Notes: generated by a model not told the origin, from the sequence alone. DNA of 47,495 nucleotides from an uncultured Clostridia bacterium (GCA_944388675.1 CALXJR010000002.1:1-47495), one strand, 5' to 3'. Positions 37,662 through 47,335 are shown, counted from the stretch's first letter. Program-made: numbers and translations.

Positions 37662-38424
37662 TTAGCTTAAATTTACGGCAAGTAACCCTAATACAAAGCC
37701 AATTATGTTTCCAATGGTTGCTATTTTTCCATCATATAGTTTGTTTGATTCTGGTGTTAATTCACCTGAAACTATATAAAGCATTGCTCCGAGCTGCAAA
37801 TGATAGACATATTGCTATTATATTTTCAGATATTCCACCTATTATTTTTCCAATAAATGCTCCTATTCCTGTTGTGACACCAGATAAAATCACATAAAAC
37901 AGAACTTTACTACCTTTCATTCCACCATTTTTCATTGGAACTGCCATAGAAATTCCTTCTGGTATATCATGTATGCATATAGCTATTGCTAATGAATAAC
38001 CCAAACTTAAAGATGCTCCGAATCCTGAACCTATTGCTAAACCTTCTGGTAAGTTATGTATTGCGAGTCCTATACTTGTAATTATTCCTGTTCTTAGTAA
38101 ATCTTTTTGGCTTGATTTAGTTGTATTTCTAAAAATTTTGCTAGTGTCGTTAAATTTTTTATCTACTAATGTATTACATATTATCATGCACGCTATTCCT
38201 AGTATTATTCCTATTATTACATTTATTATAGGTGATATTTTTAAAGCTTCCGGTATTAAATCAAAACTTAATACTGCTGTCATAAGTCCCGCTGCTAAAG
38301 ATAGTATAAAGCTTAAAAATTTATTTGATGTATTTTTAAATTTTAATCCAATTATGCCTCCTAGAGTTGTACCAAATGTACCAAAAAATAAACCTAACAA
38401 AGTTGTTTTTAATAAATCTTCCAC
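37662..38424 (-). pseudogene. ZIP-family (ZupT/GufA-like) metal transporter interrupted by a 1-nt frameshift near 37790
   Basis: Motifs HNLPEGLAIG and IHDIPEGISMAVP. The track ORF ends ..LSFAARSNALYSFR*. Removing one base in gct-c-gg (about 37791) restores the canonical C-terminus FAAGAMLYIVSGELTPESNKLYDGKIATIGNIIGFVLGLLAVNLS*, with the stop at 37662-37664. The total span is 763 nt, i.e. 254 codons + 1 nt. Confidence 0.8.
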
Positions 38425-38550
38425 TATTCTTCTCCTTATATTAAACTTCCTTGTTAGATTTATATGTTTAGATAATTTTGTTATGATTAATTTATATATA
38501 AATTTTGTTGAAATTGTTGTAAATAAGAAAGAAAATTTTAAAATGAAAAG

Positions 38551-38579
38551 TTGACGTAAATATAAATATAATATATACT
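38551..38579 (+). promoter_or_regulatory. Candidate sigma-A promoter for the 325-aa gene
   Basis: TTGACG (38551-38556) - 17 nt - TATACT (38574-38579). Confidence 0.45.
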
Positions 38580-38608
38580 GCTATTAAAATAATTATAAGG
38601 AGGTTTAA

Positions 38609-39586
38609 ATGAAAAGGGATATTATTATATGCATAATAGTAGTTTTATTTTTAATATTTGCTATTTTTGCAATAAATAAATTTTTATCACAAGATACAAA
38701 AACGGCAAATTCTGATGATAAAATAGAAATAGTTACTTTGCAAAAATTTATTCCGCAAAATGTAAATAAAGTAAAAATAATTATTTCTAGTGAAGGCAAC
38801 GAATATAATAATTTTAGTGATACTGTTTATTTTCTATCAGATTTAGACCAGATTAGTTCTTTTATTGATTACTATAACAACATAGAAATTAGCAACCCAG
38901 ATTCAAACGATATTGCTGATTTATTATACGAAATAAATTTACATGGAGATACTGATTCTGTATTTAAAGTCTATTCAAATAATCTGATAAATATCAATAA
39001 TGAAAATAATTTTTATAAAATTTCTAACAATTCCTTAAATAAAATTGGAGACTCTACAGATGTTAAATTCTACTTACATGATAGTGATTTAGAAAAGCCA
39101 TCTAGCAACAATTGTTATAAAGCTCAATCTACAATTCTTTCTAATGTTTCACAAAATGATATTTCTACTCTAAAATATGACATTCATAATGTCCATTCTT
39201 CATTAGAATATAATCTTGTCGATTATGTTAATACTATAAAAGATGCTAATAGCATTTATTGGGAACCTGCAACTAAAGATGAAGTATTTACACAACCTAA
39301 TGGCGTTTCCTTTCAATCTTATGGCTTATGGGAATATAGAGATACATTAAAAAATTTACTTAATTTAAAACTTAGCAATGAAGCAGAAGCAATTATAAAC
39401 GATATATTGTTGCATCTTCAAACTGGTATGGATAATCATGATTTATCCGAATGCTTTGAAGCTCATAAAATATTACACGATTTTGATTATTGGTGTGTTA
39501 ATTATCCAATCTCTTTAAAGGTTGAACCTGCAGATTGGGGTGGATTAAATTGTTATTATGGCTTAATTGAAAATTATAATTTATAA
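38609..39586 (+). CDS. Hypothetical membrane-anchored protein (325 aa)
   Basis: AAGGAGG SD. Has an N-terminal TM/signal anchor (IIICIIVVLFLIFAIFAI). No family was recognised. Confidence 0.65.
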   Translation: MKRDIIICIIVVLFLIFAIFAINKFLSQDTKTANSDDKIEIVTLQKFIPQNVNKVKIIISSEGNEYNNFSDTVYFLSDLDQISSFIDYYNNIEISNPDSNDIADLLYEINLHGDTDSVFKVYSNNLININNENNFYKISNNSLNKIGDSTDVKFYLHDSDLEKPSSNNCYKAQSTILSNVSQNDISTLKYDIHNVHSSLEYNLVDYVNTIKDANSIYWEPATKDEVFTQPNGVSFQSYGLWEYRDTLKNLLNLKLSNEAEAIINDILLHLQTGMDNHDLSECFEAHKILHDFDYWCVNYPISLKVEPADWGGLNCYYGLIENYNL

Positions 39587-39604
39587 ATTTTTTAGGAGCC
39601 AAAA

Positions 39605-39745
39605 ATGAAGATAATTAAAAATTTGTTAATAATTATATTCATAATTTTAATATATACTTTTATTTTATTGTTGTTAAAAAAAAAGAAACTCACTTATTTA
39701 ACCAGTGAGTTTTTTAATTTATTTATAAATTATTTTTTTAGCTAA
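39605..39745 (+). CDS. Possible small hydrophobic peptide (46 aa), below the track cut-off
   Basis: AGGAG (39594-39598) lies 6 nt before the ATG. Translation: MKIIKNLLIIIFIILIYTFILLLLKKKKLTYLTSEFFNLFINYFFS. The ORF runs through the terminator hairpin and into the convergent gene, so its reality is doubtful. Confidence 0.25.
   Translation: MKIIKNLLIIIFIILIYTFILLLLKKKKLTYLTSEFFNLFINYFFS
39677..39720. terminator. Bidirectional terminator between convergent genes
   Basis: aaactcact (39686-39694) / agtgagttt (39704-39712). An A8 run precedes it and a T-run follows it. Confidence 0.65.
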
Positions 39746-40531
39746 ATACCATTCTAATTCTTTTGCAGATTTTTCTCCATGTTTTTCAATTATTATGTCT
39801 GCATAATTATTCGCATCAGGATTTTCAATTAAAGTTTCATTATTTTTATATATTGAAATATGATATGGTATTTGTATATCTTTTATATTTATATAAATAA
39901 TACAATCCATCTCTTCATCGCTAGAATTATACCTGTTTGATGCTTTAGAAATTAAATCTATTTTTACATTTGATAATTTCTGTTCTTCTTCATTAAAGTG
40001 CTCTTCAAATGTTTGTTTTTGAAATGTCGATAAATCTTTATTGCTAATATAATAGATGTTTCCATTAGTTTTATTTATTTCATAATTATTAATTGAATAA
40101 TTATAAAAATAATTTTTTCCTATATCATTAACTAATATTAATTCTGCATCATTTAATTCAGAAATGTCTAAAGTTTCTCCTGTTACAAAATTTTGAAATT
40201 TAGTTTGATTAGAAATTCTTAAAATTGCATTTTCATAGTCTTTATATCCATATACGCCAAACGGATTACTTGAAATTTCTATATAATCATCACCTATTTT
40301 TTTTAGAATTCCAATTATATATTCGTTATTTTCAATTTTTTCTTCAAACGATTTGTATGCTATGTCTGTTGTTGTATGTGCATTATCTTTGATTTCGTTT
40401 TCTGTAATATTATTTTCTATATTTAAGTTTGAGGCATTTTCTTTATTGATTTCTATATATGCAATAGAAGCAATAATTATAATACATATTAATAGTATAA
40501 TCAAAATAGTTTTCTTTCTAATAAATTTCAT
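39719..40531 (-). CDS. Hypothetical membrane-anchored/secreted protein (270 aa)
   Basis: Has an N-terminal TM/signal (TILIILLICIIIIASIAYI). No family was recognised. It lies downstream of prfA with no intervening canonical terminator. Confidence 0.6.
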   Translation of the reverse strand: MKFIRKKTILIILLICIIIIASIAYIEINKENASNLNIENNITENEIKDNAHTTTDIAYKSFEEKIENNEYIIGILKKIGDDYIEISSNPFGVYGYKDYENAILRISNQTKFQNFVTGETLDISELNDAELILVNDIGKNYFYNYSINNYEINKTNGNIYYISNKDLSTFQKQTFEEHFNEEEQKLSNVKIDLISKASNRYNSSDEEMDCIIYINIKDIQIPYHISIYKNNETLIENPDANNYADIIIEKHGEKSAKELEWYLAKKIIYK

Positions 40532-40596
40532 TTTTTATCTCCTAAAATATTTATTATTAATTTTAAAGGTACCAACTATTGTTGATACCTTTTTAA

Positions 40597-41661
40597 TTAT
40601 TCTTCCTCTGAACCCTTTAATTTTTCTGCTCTGTCTGCTGCAATTAGTCTATCTATCATTTCATCTAGGTCACCATTTAAAAAGTTTTCTATTTGATAAA
40701 TGCTATAACCGATTCTATGGTCTGTTATACGACCTTGTGGATAGTTATATGTACGTATTTTTTCACTTCTATCTCCGCTTCCTACCTGGCTTCTTCTTTC
40801 ATTTGCAAGTTTTGCATCTCTTTCTTGTTTTTCCTTTTCATATAGTCTTGATTTTAATAGTTTCATTGCATATTCTCTGTTTTGTGTTTGTGAACGTTCT
40901 GTTTGACATTCTGCTACTATTCCTGTTGGTATGTGTATTAATCTTACTGCTGATGATGTTTTATTAACATGTTGTCCACCTGCACCAGATGCTCTAAATA
41001 CTTCCAATTTAATATCTGATGGGTTGATTTCTATTTGCACATCTTCTACTACTGGTAAAACTGCAACTGTTGCAGTTGATGTGTGAATTCTTCCACTTGC
41101 TTCAGTTTCTGGAACTCTTTGTACTCTATGCACACCACTTTCAAATTTTAATCTACTATATGCTCCTTTTCCTGTAATCATAAAAGATATTTCTTTATAA
41201 CCACCAAGACCTGTTTCATTCTCATTTAATACTTCTATTTTCCAATGTTTTCTTTCTGCATACATTGTATACATTCTATATAAAGTTCCTGCAAATAAAG
41301 CAGCCTCTTCTCCTCCAGCTCCTGCTCTAATCTCACATATTATGTTTCTATCATCATCTGGATCTTTTGGAATTAATAATAACTTTAATTCTTCTTCTAG
41401 TTTTGGAATTTTTACTCTTGCTTTAGAAGCTTCTTCTTCCGCAAGTTCTTTCATTTCAGGGTCATTCATCATTTCTTCAGCTTCTTTTAAAGCTTGTTCT
41501 GTTTTCTTATATTCTTTATATTTTAAAGCTATTTCTTCAATTTCTGCATGTTCTTTCATATATTCTGTCCACTCATGGGTATTCGCAATTATTTCTGGGT
41601 CTGCAATTTTTTTGTTTAAGTCGTCATATCTCTTTTCTACGGCTTCTAGTTTTTGAAACAT
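40597..41661 (-). CDS. prfA: Peptide chain release factor 1
   Basis: 354 aa. GGQ motif ([11 protein letters not shown]) and RF1-type PxT motif ([14 protein letters not shown]). Confidence 0.9.
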   Translation of the reverse strand: MFQKLEAVEKRYDDLNKKIADPEIIANTHEWTEYMKEHAEIEEIALKYKEYKKTEQALKEAEEMMNDPEMKELAEEEASKARVKIPKLEEELKLLLIPKDPDDDRNIICEIRAGAGGEEAALFAGTLYRMYTMYAERKHWKIEVLNENETGLGGYKEISFMITGKGAYSRLKFESGVHRVQRVPETEASGRIHTSTATVAVLPVVEDVQIEINPSDIKLEVFRASGAGGQHVNKTSSAVRLIHIPTGIVAECQTERSQTQNREYAMKLLKSRLYEKEKQERDAKLANERRSQVGSGDRSEKIRTYNYPQGRITDHRIGYSIYQIENFLNGDLDEMIDRLIAADRAEKLKGSEEE

Positions 41662-41708
41662 ACAATCTTCTCCTCTTTTATTTAAATTTAAACTTTTATA
41701 GCTTTTAT

Positions 41709-41737
41709 ATTATACACCAAAATTCCAATTATTTCAA
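41709..41737 (-). promoter_or_regulatory. Sigma-A type promoter of prfA
   Basis: Minus strand reads TTGAAA - 17 nt - TATAAT. Confidence 0.55.
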
Positions 41738-41774
41738 GGTTTATTTTAAACGTGCTTTTGTATGTTTTGATGAC

Positions 41775-41831
41775 CTGTCCCCAAAAACACCTAAAAGATG
41801 TTTTTATGAAACGTCCCCAAAAGCATCCATT
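41775..41831 (-). repeat. 57-bp repeat element, copy B (overlaps the last 9 codons and stop of the YhaN-like gene)
   Basis: ctgtccccaaaaacacctaaaagatgtttttatgaaacgtccccaaaagcatccatt aligns with 21991-22047 at about 49/57 positions, in the same orientation. Confidence 0.7.
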
Positions 41832-43966
41832 TCTATTAGATTATAGTTGCAATTTTCTTTTTCTAATATTTCTTTTTCTCTATCTGTACAAGTAAATATT
41901 ATTATCTGATGCTTTTTGTCTGAATTTTCTTGAGTTAATTTTATTAAATAATTAAGTGCATTTTCTAATCTTTGATTATCAAAATATGCAAATGTTTCAT
42001 CTAAGATTATTGGTAAGCTTTCTTTTGATAAGTCTTCTATCATTGATAGTCTTAATGACAAATATAATTGGTCAATTGTTCCTGTGCTAAGGTTATTTGC
42101 ATTTATGTATTCGCCTCTATTATTTTCAACTATCATACCTGTTTCATCATTGATTGATACTTTGCTATATTTCCCATTTGAAATTTGTTCTATATTTTTT
42201 GATAAGTTTTCTGTAAATTTAGGTGTTATAGTATTTTTCATTTCTTCATATGCTTGTTCTAAATTTTCAATAGTAAGGTTTATTATTTCTTCTTTTCTTT
42301 TTAAATCATTCAAATCTTCTTTTTTAGATTCTAAATTTTCTTCTAATTCAACCATTGTATCAATTTGAGGAATAACTGTATTTTCTTCTAGTTCAAGACC
42401 TTTTAATTTTATTTTTTCATTATTAATATCACTTTGTGTATCTTTTAAATCTTCTTCTATATTAGTGCTATTTATTATTTTTAATAATTCATTTTCTCCA
42501 ATTTTTTCTTTAAATGATACTAATATTTCCTCTTGATTATTTTTTTGCAAATTTTGTATTTTTTCTTTTATTTCTTTAATTTCGTTATCTAAAGCTTCAT
42601 TTGATTTTTCTAGTAATATTATTTGTCCATGTATCATGGAATTTTTGCTATTAATTTCTGATTGTTTTTCTTCTTGTTGTTTTAGCTCTTTTGAAATTTT
42701 TTCTATTTCTTTTAAAATATAATTTTTTTCTTCTTCTAATTCATTAATTTGTTCTTTTTTCTTTAACTGATTTTGTTCATTTTCTTCTTTAATTTTTTTA
42801 TTTAATTTATTTTTTTGGGTTATTAACAAAGTACAATCTATAAATACTATAATTCCAAAAATAGCAGGTATAAAATAATTTTTTAATATTAAAAATCCTA
42901 ATATTCCTAATATTAAAGAGATAATTAAAATTATAATATATATTACAAAATTACTTTTATTTTGCTTTAAATTATCTTCTATTGGCTTTTCATGTGCTGT
43001 AATTATTTCTTGTTCTAGCTGGCTTTGTTCAACCTTTTTTTCTTCTAAAGTTTTACTAATTTCATCTTTTTCTTTATCTATTTTGTTCTTTTCTTCTGCT
43101 ATATTACTCTCGTCTAATTTTAATTTTTCAATATGTTTCAAATTGTCATTTTTACTAATTTCTTTAATATCTTTTTCTTTTAAACTATCTAATTTGTTTT
43201 TATTTTTTTTATTAATTTCTTCTAATATTTCTTTTTTTATTTCTAAACTACTTAATCTTTTGTTTATTAAGTCTTTTTGATTATCTATTTCATATTTTTT
43301 ATTTACATTAGGTTTTATTTCTTCTATTTTATTTTGTAGTTGTTCTATTTGATTATTTAGTATATTTATTGGTTTTTGTGAAGTTTTATTTGTTCCTATT
43401 TCGTCTCTTATTTTATTTTGTAATTTAGTTAAAGCTTTTTTGTATGAAACATTATCTTCGCCAGTTCCTGCTAAGTTTGCAATTCTTTGTATTAGCATAT
43501 TTTGATTTTTATCATCTAGCCTTACTTCTTGTTGCATAGATACTACTGTTGAAGTATACATTTGTTTATCTATATCAGTTTGCTCTATAAAAAATTTGCT
43601 TCCTTCTTTTTTGTCAATTTCAAAATTATCAGTTATGTCTTCTAAATTTTTATTATATATTTTAGGATTTTTCTTCTTAAAGTCTCTAAAAACTTCGTAT
43701 TCTTCACCATTATCTAATTCATAAGCTATTCTTCCTGAAAATTCATCACTATTCCATGGTTTATATTTATCAAAGTCAGATATATCTTTTCCATCTTTAG
43801 TTCTAGAAATCCCATAAAATGTGTTTACTATATAACTTAAAATTGTTGATTTTCCACTTTCGTTTGCACCGTGTATTATATTAATTCCGTCTTTTAAATC
43901 TATTTCTTTATTTTCTATATTTCCATATGCATTTATTTTTAATTTTTTTATTTTCAATAAATTCAC
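41804..43966 (-). CDS. YhaN/SbcE-like Rad50/SbcC-type ATPase with a central membrane hairpin
   Basis: 720 aa. Walker A GANESGKST, signature LSTGTIDQLYLSLRL, Walker B LPIILDETFAYFD. It has long Lys/Glu-rich coiled coils and two hydrophobic helices in the middle (FVIYIIILIISLILGILGFLIL, FIPAIFGIIVFIDCTLLI). Confidence 0.75.
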   Translation of the reverse strand: MNLLKIKKLKINAYGNIENKEIDLKDGINIIHGANESGKSTILSYIVNTFYGISRTKDGKDISDFDKYKPWNSDEFSGRIAYELDNGEEYEVFRDFKKKNPKIYNKNLEDITDNFEIDKKEGSKFFIEQTDIDKQMYTSTVVSMQQEVRLDDKNQNMLIQRIANLAGTGEDNVSYKKALTKLQNKIRDEIGTNKTSQKPINILNNQIEQLQNKIEEIKPNVNKKYEIDNQKDLINKRLSSLEIKKEILEEINKKNKNKLDSLKEKDIKEISKNDNLKHIEKLKLDESNIAEEKNKIDKEKDEISKTLEEKKVEQSQLEQEIITAHEKPIEDNLKQNKSNFVIYIIILIISLILGILGFLILKNYFIPAIFGIIVFIDCTLLITQKNKLNKKIKEENEQNQLKKKEQINELEEEKNYILKEIEKISKELKQQEEKQSEINSKNSMIHGQIILLEKSNEALDNEIKEIKEKIQNLQKNNQEEILVSFKEKIGENELLKIINSTNIEEDLKDTQSDINNEKIKLKGLELEENTVIPQIDTMVELEENLESKKEDLNDLKRKEEIINLTIENLEQAYEEMKNTITPKFTENLSKNIEQISNGKYSKVSINDETGMIVENNRGEYINANNLSTGTIDQLYLSLRLSMIEDLSKESLPIILDETFAYFDNQRLENALNYLIKLTQENSDKKHQIIIFTCTDREKEILEKENCNYNLIEMDAFGDVS

Positions 43967-43969
43967 CTC

Positions 43970-45052
43970 TTAATTTAATACATCCATTCCTATTTCAAAT
44001 GAATTTATTAATTTTTCTTTTTCATCTTCTTTTGCATCCTTCATTTTTTCTAAAATATTTCTTGCAAAAATGCCTTTCAAACTTATTTGTTTAGCTATGT
44101 CTTCAATATTATATTTTATTTTTGTATGATTCTTTATTTTTACAATATTAATTTGTTTTACTAAGCTTAATAGGTTTGATAATTTAATTTCAAAATTTCT
44201 TTGTCCTATTAATATTATTTTATAATATTTGTTTTCATCTAAATTAAGTTCGTTTAATTCTTCTATTAATTCTTCTTCATCATTTATGTTTGCTATATCT
44301 ATATTTCTTTCTTCAAATGTTTTTGCAGAAGTTTGAATAAATTTTAACTCTAATTTTTTTGTGTTTTCATCTATGTTTCCTTCAATTACACCTCTAGGCC
44401 CTAATTCATCAAACCCAAGTGAAACTGTAGAACCTGGATAAACTATATGTTGATTTTCATAATCTTTATAACTAGCTTTATGGATATGTCCTAATGCTAT
44501 ATAGTCAAAATCCATTTGTTTTAATTCTTTTGATGTAAGTGGATTATATTGCTTGTTTTCATCATTTCCACCATCTAGACTTCCGTGTGTGATTAATATA
44601 TTTATTTTATTTTTATTTTTTATTTCTATATTATGATATTTATTAGGCATATAAAAATCGTTAAAACCATAACCATATATGTCTGCATTTTTTAATTCTA
44701 CTATTGATAATTCTTCAGAAAAAATATGTACATTTTTGCTCCAATTAAATTGCTTATAAAAAGAATTTTTTATATATGGGTCATGATTTCCTGGGGTTAT
44801 AAATATTAATGTATTAGGAATTTCTTCAAATAATTTATTTATATACTCTATACTGGATTTTTTTATATAGTCTTGTTCATATAAGTCACCCGCAATAAAA
44901 AAATATGGAATATTTTCTTTTTTTATATATTCCACTATTTCTTTCATTACTCTTCTTTGTTCCATTCTACGCTCTTTTGCTAGATTTGGTTTAGATGCTA
45001 AACTTTCAAATGCTCCATCTAAATGCATATCTGCCATATGTATAAATCTCAT
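43970..45052 (-). CDS. YhaO/SbcF-like Mre11/SbcD-type metallophosphoesterase (DNA repair exonuclease)
   Basis: Motifs HMADMHLDG, GDLYE, GNHD, GHIH. The start is set at ATG 45052, because the track's TTG at 45082 lies upstream of the predicted TSS. Confidence 0.8.
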   Translation of the reverse strand: MRFIHMADMHLDGAFESLASKPNLAKERRMEQRRVMKEIVEYIKKENIPYFFIAGDLYEQDYIKKSSIEYINKLFEEIPNTLIFITPGNHDPYIKNSFYKQFNWSKNVHIFSEELSIVELKNADIYGYGFNDFYMPNKYHNIEIKNKNKINILITHGSLDGGNDENKQYNPLTSKELKQMDFDYIALGHIHKASYKDYENQHIVYPGSTVSLGFDELGPRGVIEGNIDENTKKLELKFIQTSAKTFEERNIDIANINDEEELIEELNELNLDENKYYKIILIGQRNFEIKLSNLLSLVKQINIVKIKNHTKIKYNIEDIAKQISLKGIFARNILEKMKDAKEDEKEKLINSFEIGMDVLN

Positions 45053-45083
45053 ATAATCACTCTCTTTATTTTTTACTATCAAA

Positions 45084-45112
45084 TTTATATCATATCATTT
45101 TTGTTAAGTCAA
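45084..45112 (-). promoter_or_regulatory. Sigma-A type promoter of the yhaO/yhaN-like operon
   Basis: Minus strand reads TTGACT - 17 nt - TATAAA, with TG at the extended -10 position. Confidence 0.55.
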
Positions 45113-45121
45113 TAGTTTTGT

Positions 45122-45133
45122 GAACATTTGTTC
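45122..45133. promoter_or_regulatory. LexA (Cheo/SOS) box upstream of the yhaO/yhaN-like operon
   Basis: GAACATTTGTTC is a perfect GAAC-N4-GTTC palindrome, 9 nt upstream of the -35. Confidence 0.65.
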
Positions 45134-45145
45134 TTTTTTATTTCT

Positions 45146-45187
45146 AAAAAAATTTCACCCATAAGGGACATACCCTCTTGGGTGAAA
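45146..45187 (-). terminator. Rho-independent terminator after the coupling-protein gene
   Basis: On the minus strand, tttcaccca-ag-aggg-tatgt-ccct-ta-tgggtgaaa is followed by ttttttt. Confidence 0.7.
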
Positions 45188-45190
45188 ATT

Positions 45191-47335
45191 TTAGTTATCA
45201 TTGTTGTTATTATTATCAATTGGTCCAAATAATTCATCAAATTTTGCCTCTAATTCCTTTTGCAAATCCATAGTAAATAAATCATCTTCTTTCGTATTAT
45301 CTTCCATTGGAATTGTTGGTGCATCATTTAGATTTAAATTCATATTATTTGAATTTGCACTTTTTGATAATGTATTATTTACATTTTGTGTTTGATTGTT
45401 TCCAATCATATTGTCTAATGACTCTATTTCAATATTGTTTTGATTGTTACTTCTTGGTTGTGCTACATTATTTAAATTAAGCATGTTATTTGTATTAACA
45501 TTTTGATTATTTGGTGTGGTAGTATCATTATCATTCCACAAATCATCTAAAGATTCTATTTTTACTTCTTTTTTGTCATCTTCATCATCTAAATTTAATC
45601 GTGGATTTGATGGATCAAATTTTGACCAATTTCCTCTTTCCGGTACTACATAGTTATTGTGATCTACCATATTTGCTTGAAGTTGTTTATATACTGGTTT
45701 CTTGAAGTAATAATATTTATTTGCTTTTATTGGTTTTAATCCTTTTTCAAATATAATACATAAATCATTGTCCATTCTTCTTAACTCATCAGGTGTCATT
45801 AATGCTCTTCCCATCATTTGATCTGATGTGCTATAACCTTGTGTTGAATAGTTTTTTCCTCTATTTGTAGATCTTGTATTTCTAAATATTGTTTTTTCTC
45901 CCAACTGTTTTGAGAAATATTCTACTGTTTTAAATGAGTTACTTCCTAAGAAAACGTGTGTATCACAGTTACCCATTATAGTTTCATAAGATTTTTCATA
46001 AACCGCTTCCAATTGGTCTAAGTTCTGTAATATAACACTAAATGATATTCCTCTACTTCTAGATGTAGATATTTTTTTATCAAAGTCTGGTATTTGACCA
46101 ATGTTTGCAAACTCATCTAATATGAAATACATTGGCACTTTTAATTTTCCACCATTTTTATCAGCTATATCATATAATTGTTGTATTAATTGTGAGAAGA
46201 ATATTGTAAGTAAAAAGTTATATGCTGTGTGTGTATCTGATGAAATAACATATAATGCTGTTTTTCTGGTTGCCAATTCTTCAAAGTCTATTGTATTTGT
46301 AGATGTTACATCTGCAATCTCCTGAGAATCAAATTTTGATAGTTTTGATTGTAGTGTACTTAATATTGAGCTGTATGTTTTGTCAGATGCAAGTTCAATT
46401 GATTTATAGTTTGTAACAGCTGGGTTATCCCTTGGTAACTCTGATATTAACTCTCCTAATAAGCTACTTCCATTTTTATTACTTGCAGCTCTTACTAGTT
46501 CTGCACAAGAAGCTAGATTCTTTTCTTCATCTTTTGCTGCAGTCATCAAATAATAAATTAATGCTTTTAATAATGTTTCTGCGTTATCATCCCAGAATGG
46601 ATCAGAACTTGTTGATCCTCCATCTTGTCCTTTTACTATTGTGTTAGCAATTATATCAACATCAATTGTTGTTTGAATGTGCATAAGTGGATTGTAACTA
46701 TCACTATTTTCTGGATTTACTAGATTTAATACTTTTATATCATAACCGTGGCTCTTTAAAAATCCTGCAGTTTTATCATATAATTCTCCTTTTGGATCTG
46801 TAAATACATATGAGCCTAAAAGCTGACAGGCATTTGGAATTGAATATGATGCAGATTTACCAGAACCTGAACCTCCGACTACTAAAACGTTTACGTTTCC
46901 TGGTTTATCTACTGGCAAATAATTATTTTCTGCTAAAATTATTCCTTTATTTTTACTTAAAATTTTATATTGTTCTCCGCCTTCGCTCCAGTCACTTGAA
47001 CCGTTTTCAATATCTTTATATTCATTGTTTGGTTTTGACCTAATTATTCCTATTGTAGAGAATACTAAGAACATTATTGTAAGCCATAATGTACATTTAC
47101 CAAATACAGGGAAAACTCCTTCTTGTGCTATTTTTGTAAATGAAGTAAATGACATTATCTCATTACTAAAATTTCCGATAAACTCTGACATATGAAAGCC
47201 ATCTGCTTGTGTGCTATTTGTTATTGCAACAGCCAATGGCATACAAAGAAATATTTCTAATACTATCCATAATACTAGAAATATTATTAAGTACTTTTTA
47301 TTATCTTTAAAAGCTTTTTCTATTTTATAATTCAT
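45191..47335 (-). CDS. VirD4/TraG-type type IV secretion coupling protein (T4CP)
   Basis: N-terminal TM helices, Walker A VVGGSGSGKS, Walker B YFILDEFANIG. It has an Asn-rich low-complexity C-terminal tail of ~120 aa. The start is set at ATG 47335 (AAGGTG SD 9 nt upstream). Confidence 0.8.
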   Translation of the reverse strand: MNYKIEKAFKDNKKYLIIFLVLWIVLEIFLCMPLAVAITNSTQADGFHMSEFIGNFSNEIMSFTSFTKIAQEGVFPVFGKCTLWLTIMFLVFSTIGIIRSKPNNEYKDIENGSSDWSEGGEQYKILSKNKGIILAENNYLPVDKPGNVNVLVVGGSGSGKSASYSIPNACQLLGSYVFTDPKGELYDKTAGFLKSHGYDIKVLNLVNPENSDSYNPLMHIQTTIDVDIIANTIVKGQDGGSTSSDPFWDDNAETLLKALIYYLMTAAKDEEKNLASCAELVRAASNKNGSSLLGELISELPRDNPAVTNYKSIELASDKTYSSILSTLQSKLSKFDSQEIADVTSTNTIDFEELATRKTALYVISSDTHTAYNFLLTIFFSQLIQQLYDIADKNGGKLKVPMYFILDEFANIGQIPDFDKKISTSRSRGISFSVILQNLDQLEAVYEKSYETIMGNCDTHVFLGSNSFKTVEYFSKQLGEKTIFRNTRSTNRGKNYSTQGYSTSDQMMGRALMTPDELRRMDNDLCIIFEKGLKPIKANKYYYFKKPVYKQLQANMVDHNNYVVPERGNWSKFDPSNPRLNLDDEDDKKEVKIESLDDLWNDNDTTTPNNQNVNTNNMLNLNNVAQPRSNNQNNIEIESLDNMIGNNQTQNVNNTLSKSANSNNMNLNLNDAPTIPMEDNTKEDDLFTMDLQKELEAKFDELFGPIDNNNNNDN

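Noticed and set aside
38425-38608. Possible Zur/Fur box upstream of the ZIP transporter gene (taaattaatcataacaaaatt)
   Set aside because: It shows only weak resemblance to the AAATCGTAATNATTACGATTT consensus, and the central dyad is not preserved.
40540-40596. Hairpin aaaggtaccaac/gttgataccttt between prfA and the 270-aa gene as a terminator
   Set aside because: The T-run is on the + strand side, where no gene is transcribed. On the coding (minus) strand it is followed by A-rich sequence. It is more likely an intra-operon stem than a terminator.
40597-41661. Programmed +1 frameshift, as in release factor genes
   Set aside because: That mechanism belongs to prfB (RF2). This gene is RF1 (PxT motif, single uninterrupted ORF).
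21991-41831. The two same-orientation 57-bp repeats as attL/attR of a 19.8-kb island
   Set aside because: The intervening DNA carries core genes (mreBCD, PBP2, minC, radC, pcrA, prfA) and no integrase. A dispersed repeat family is more plausible than island borders.
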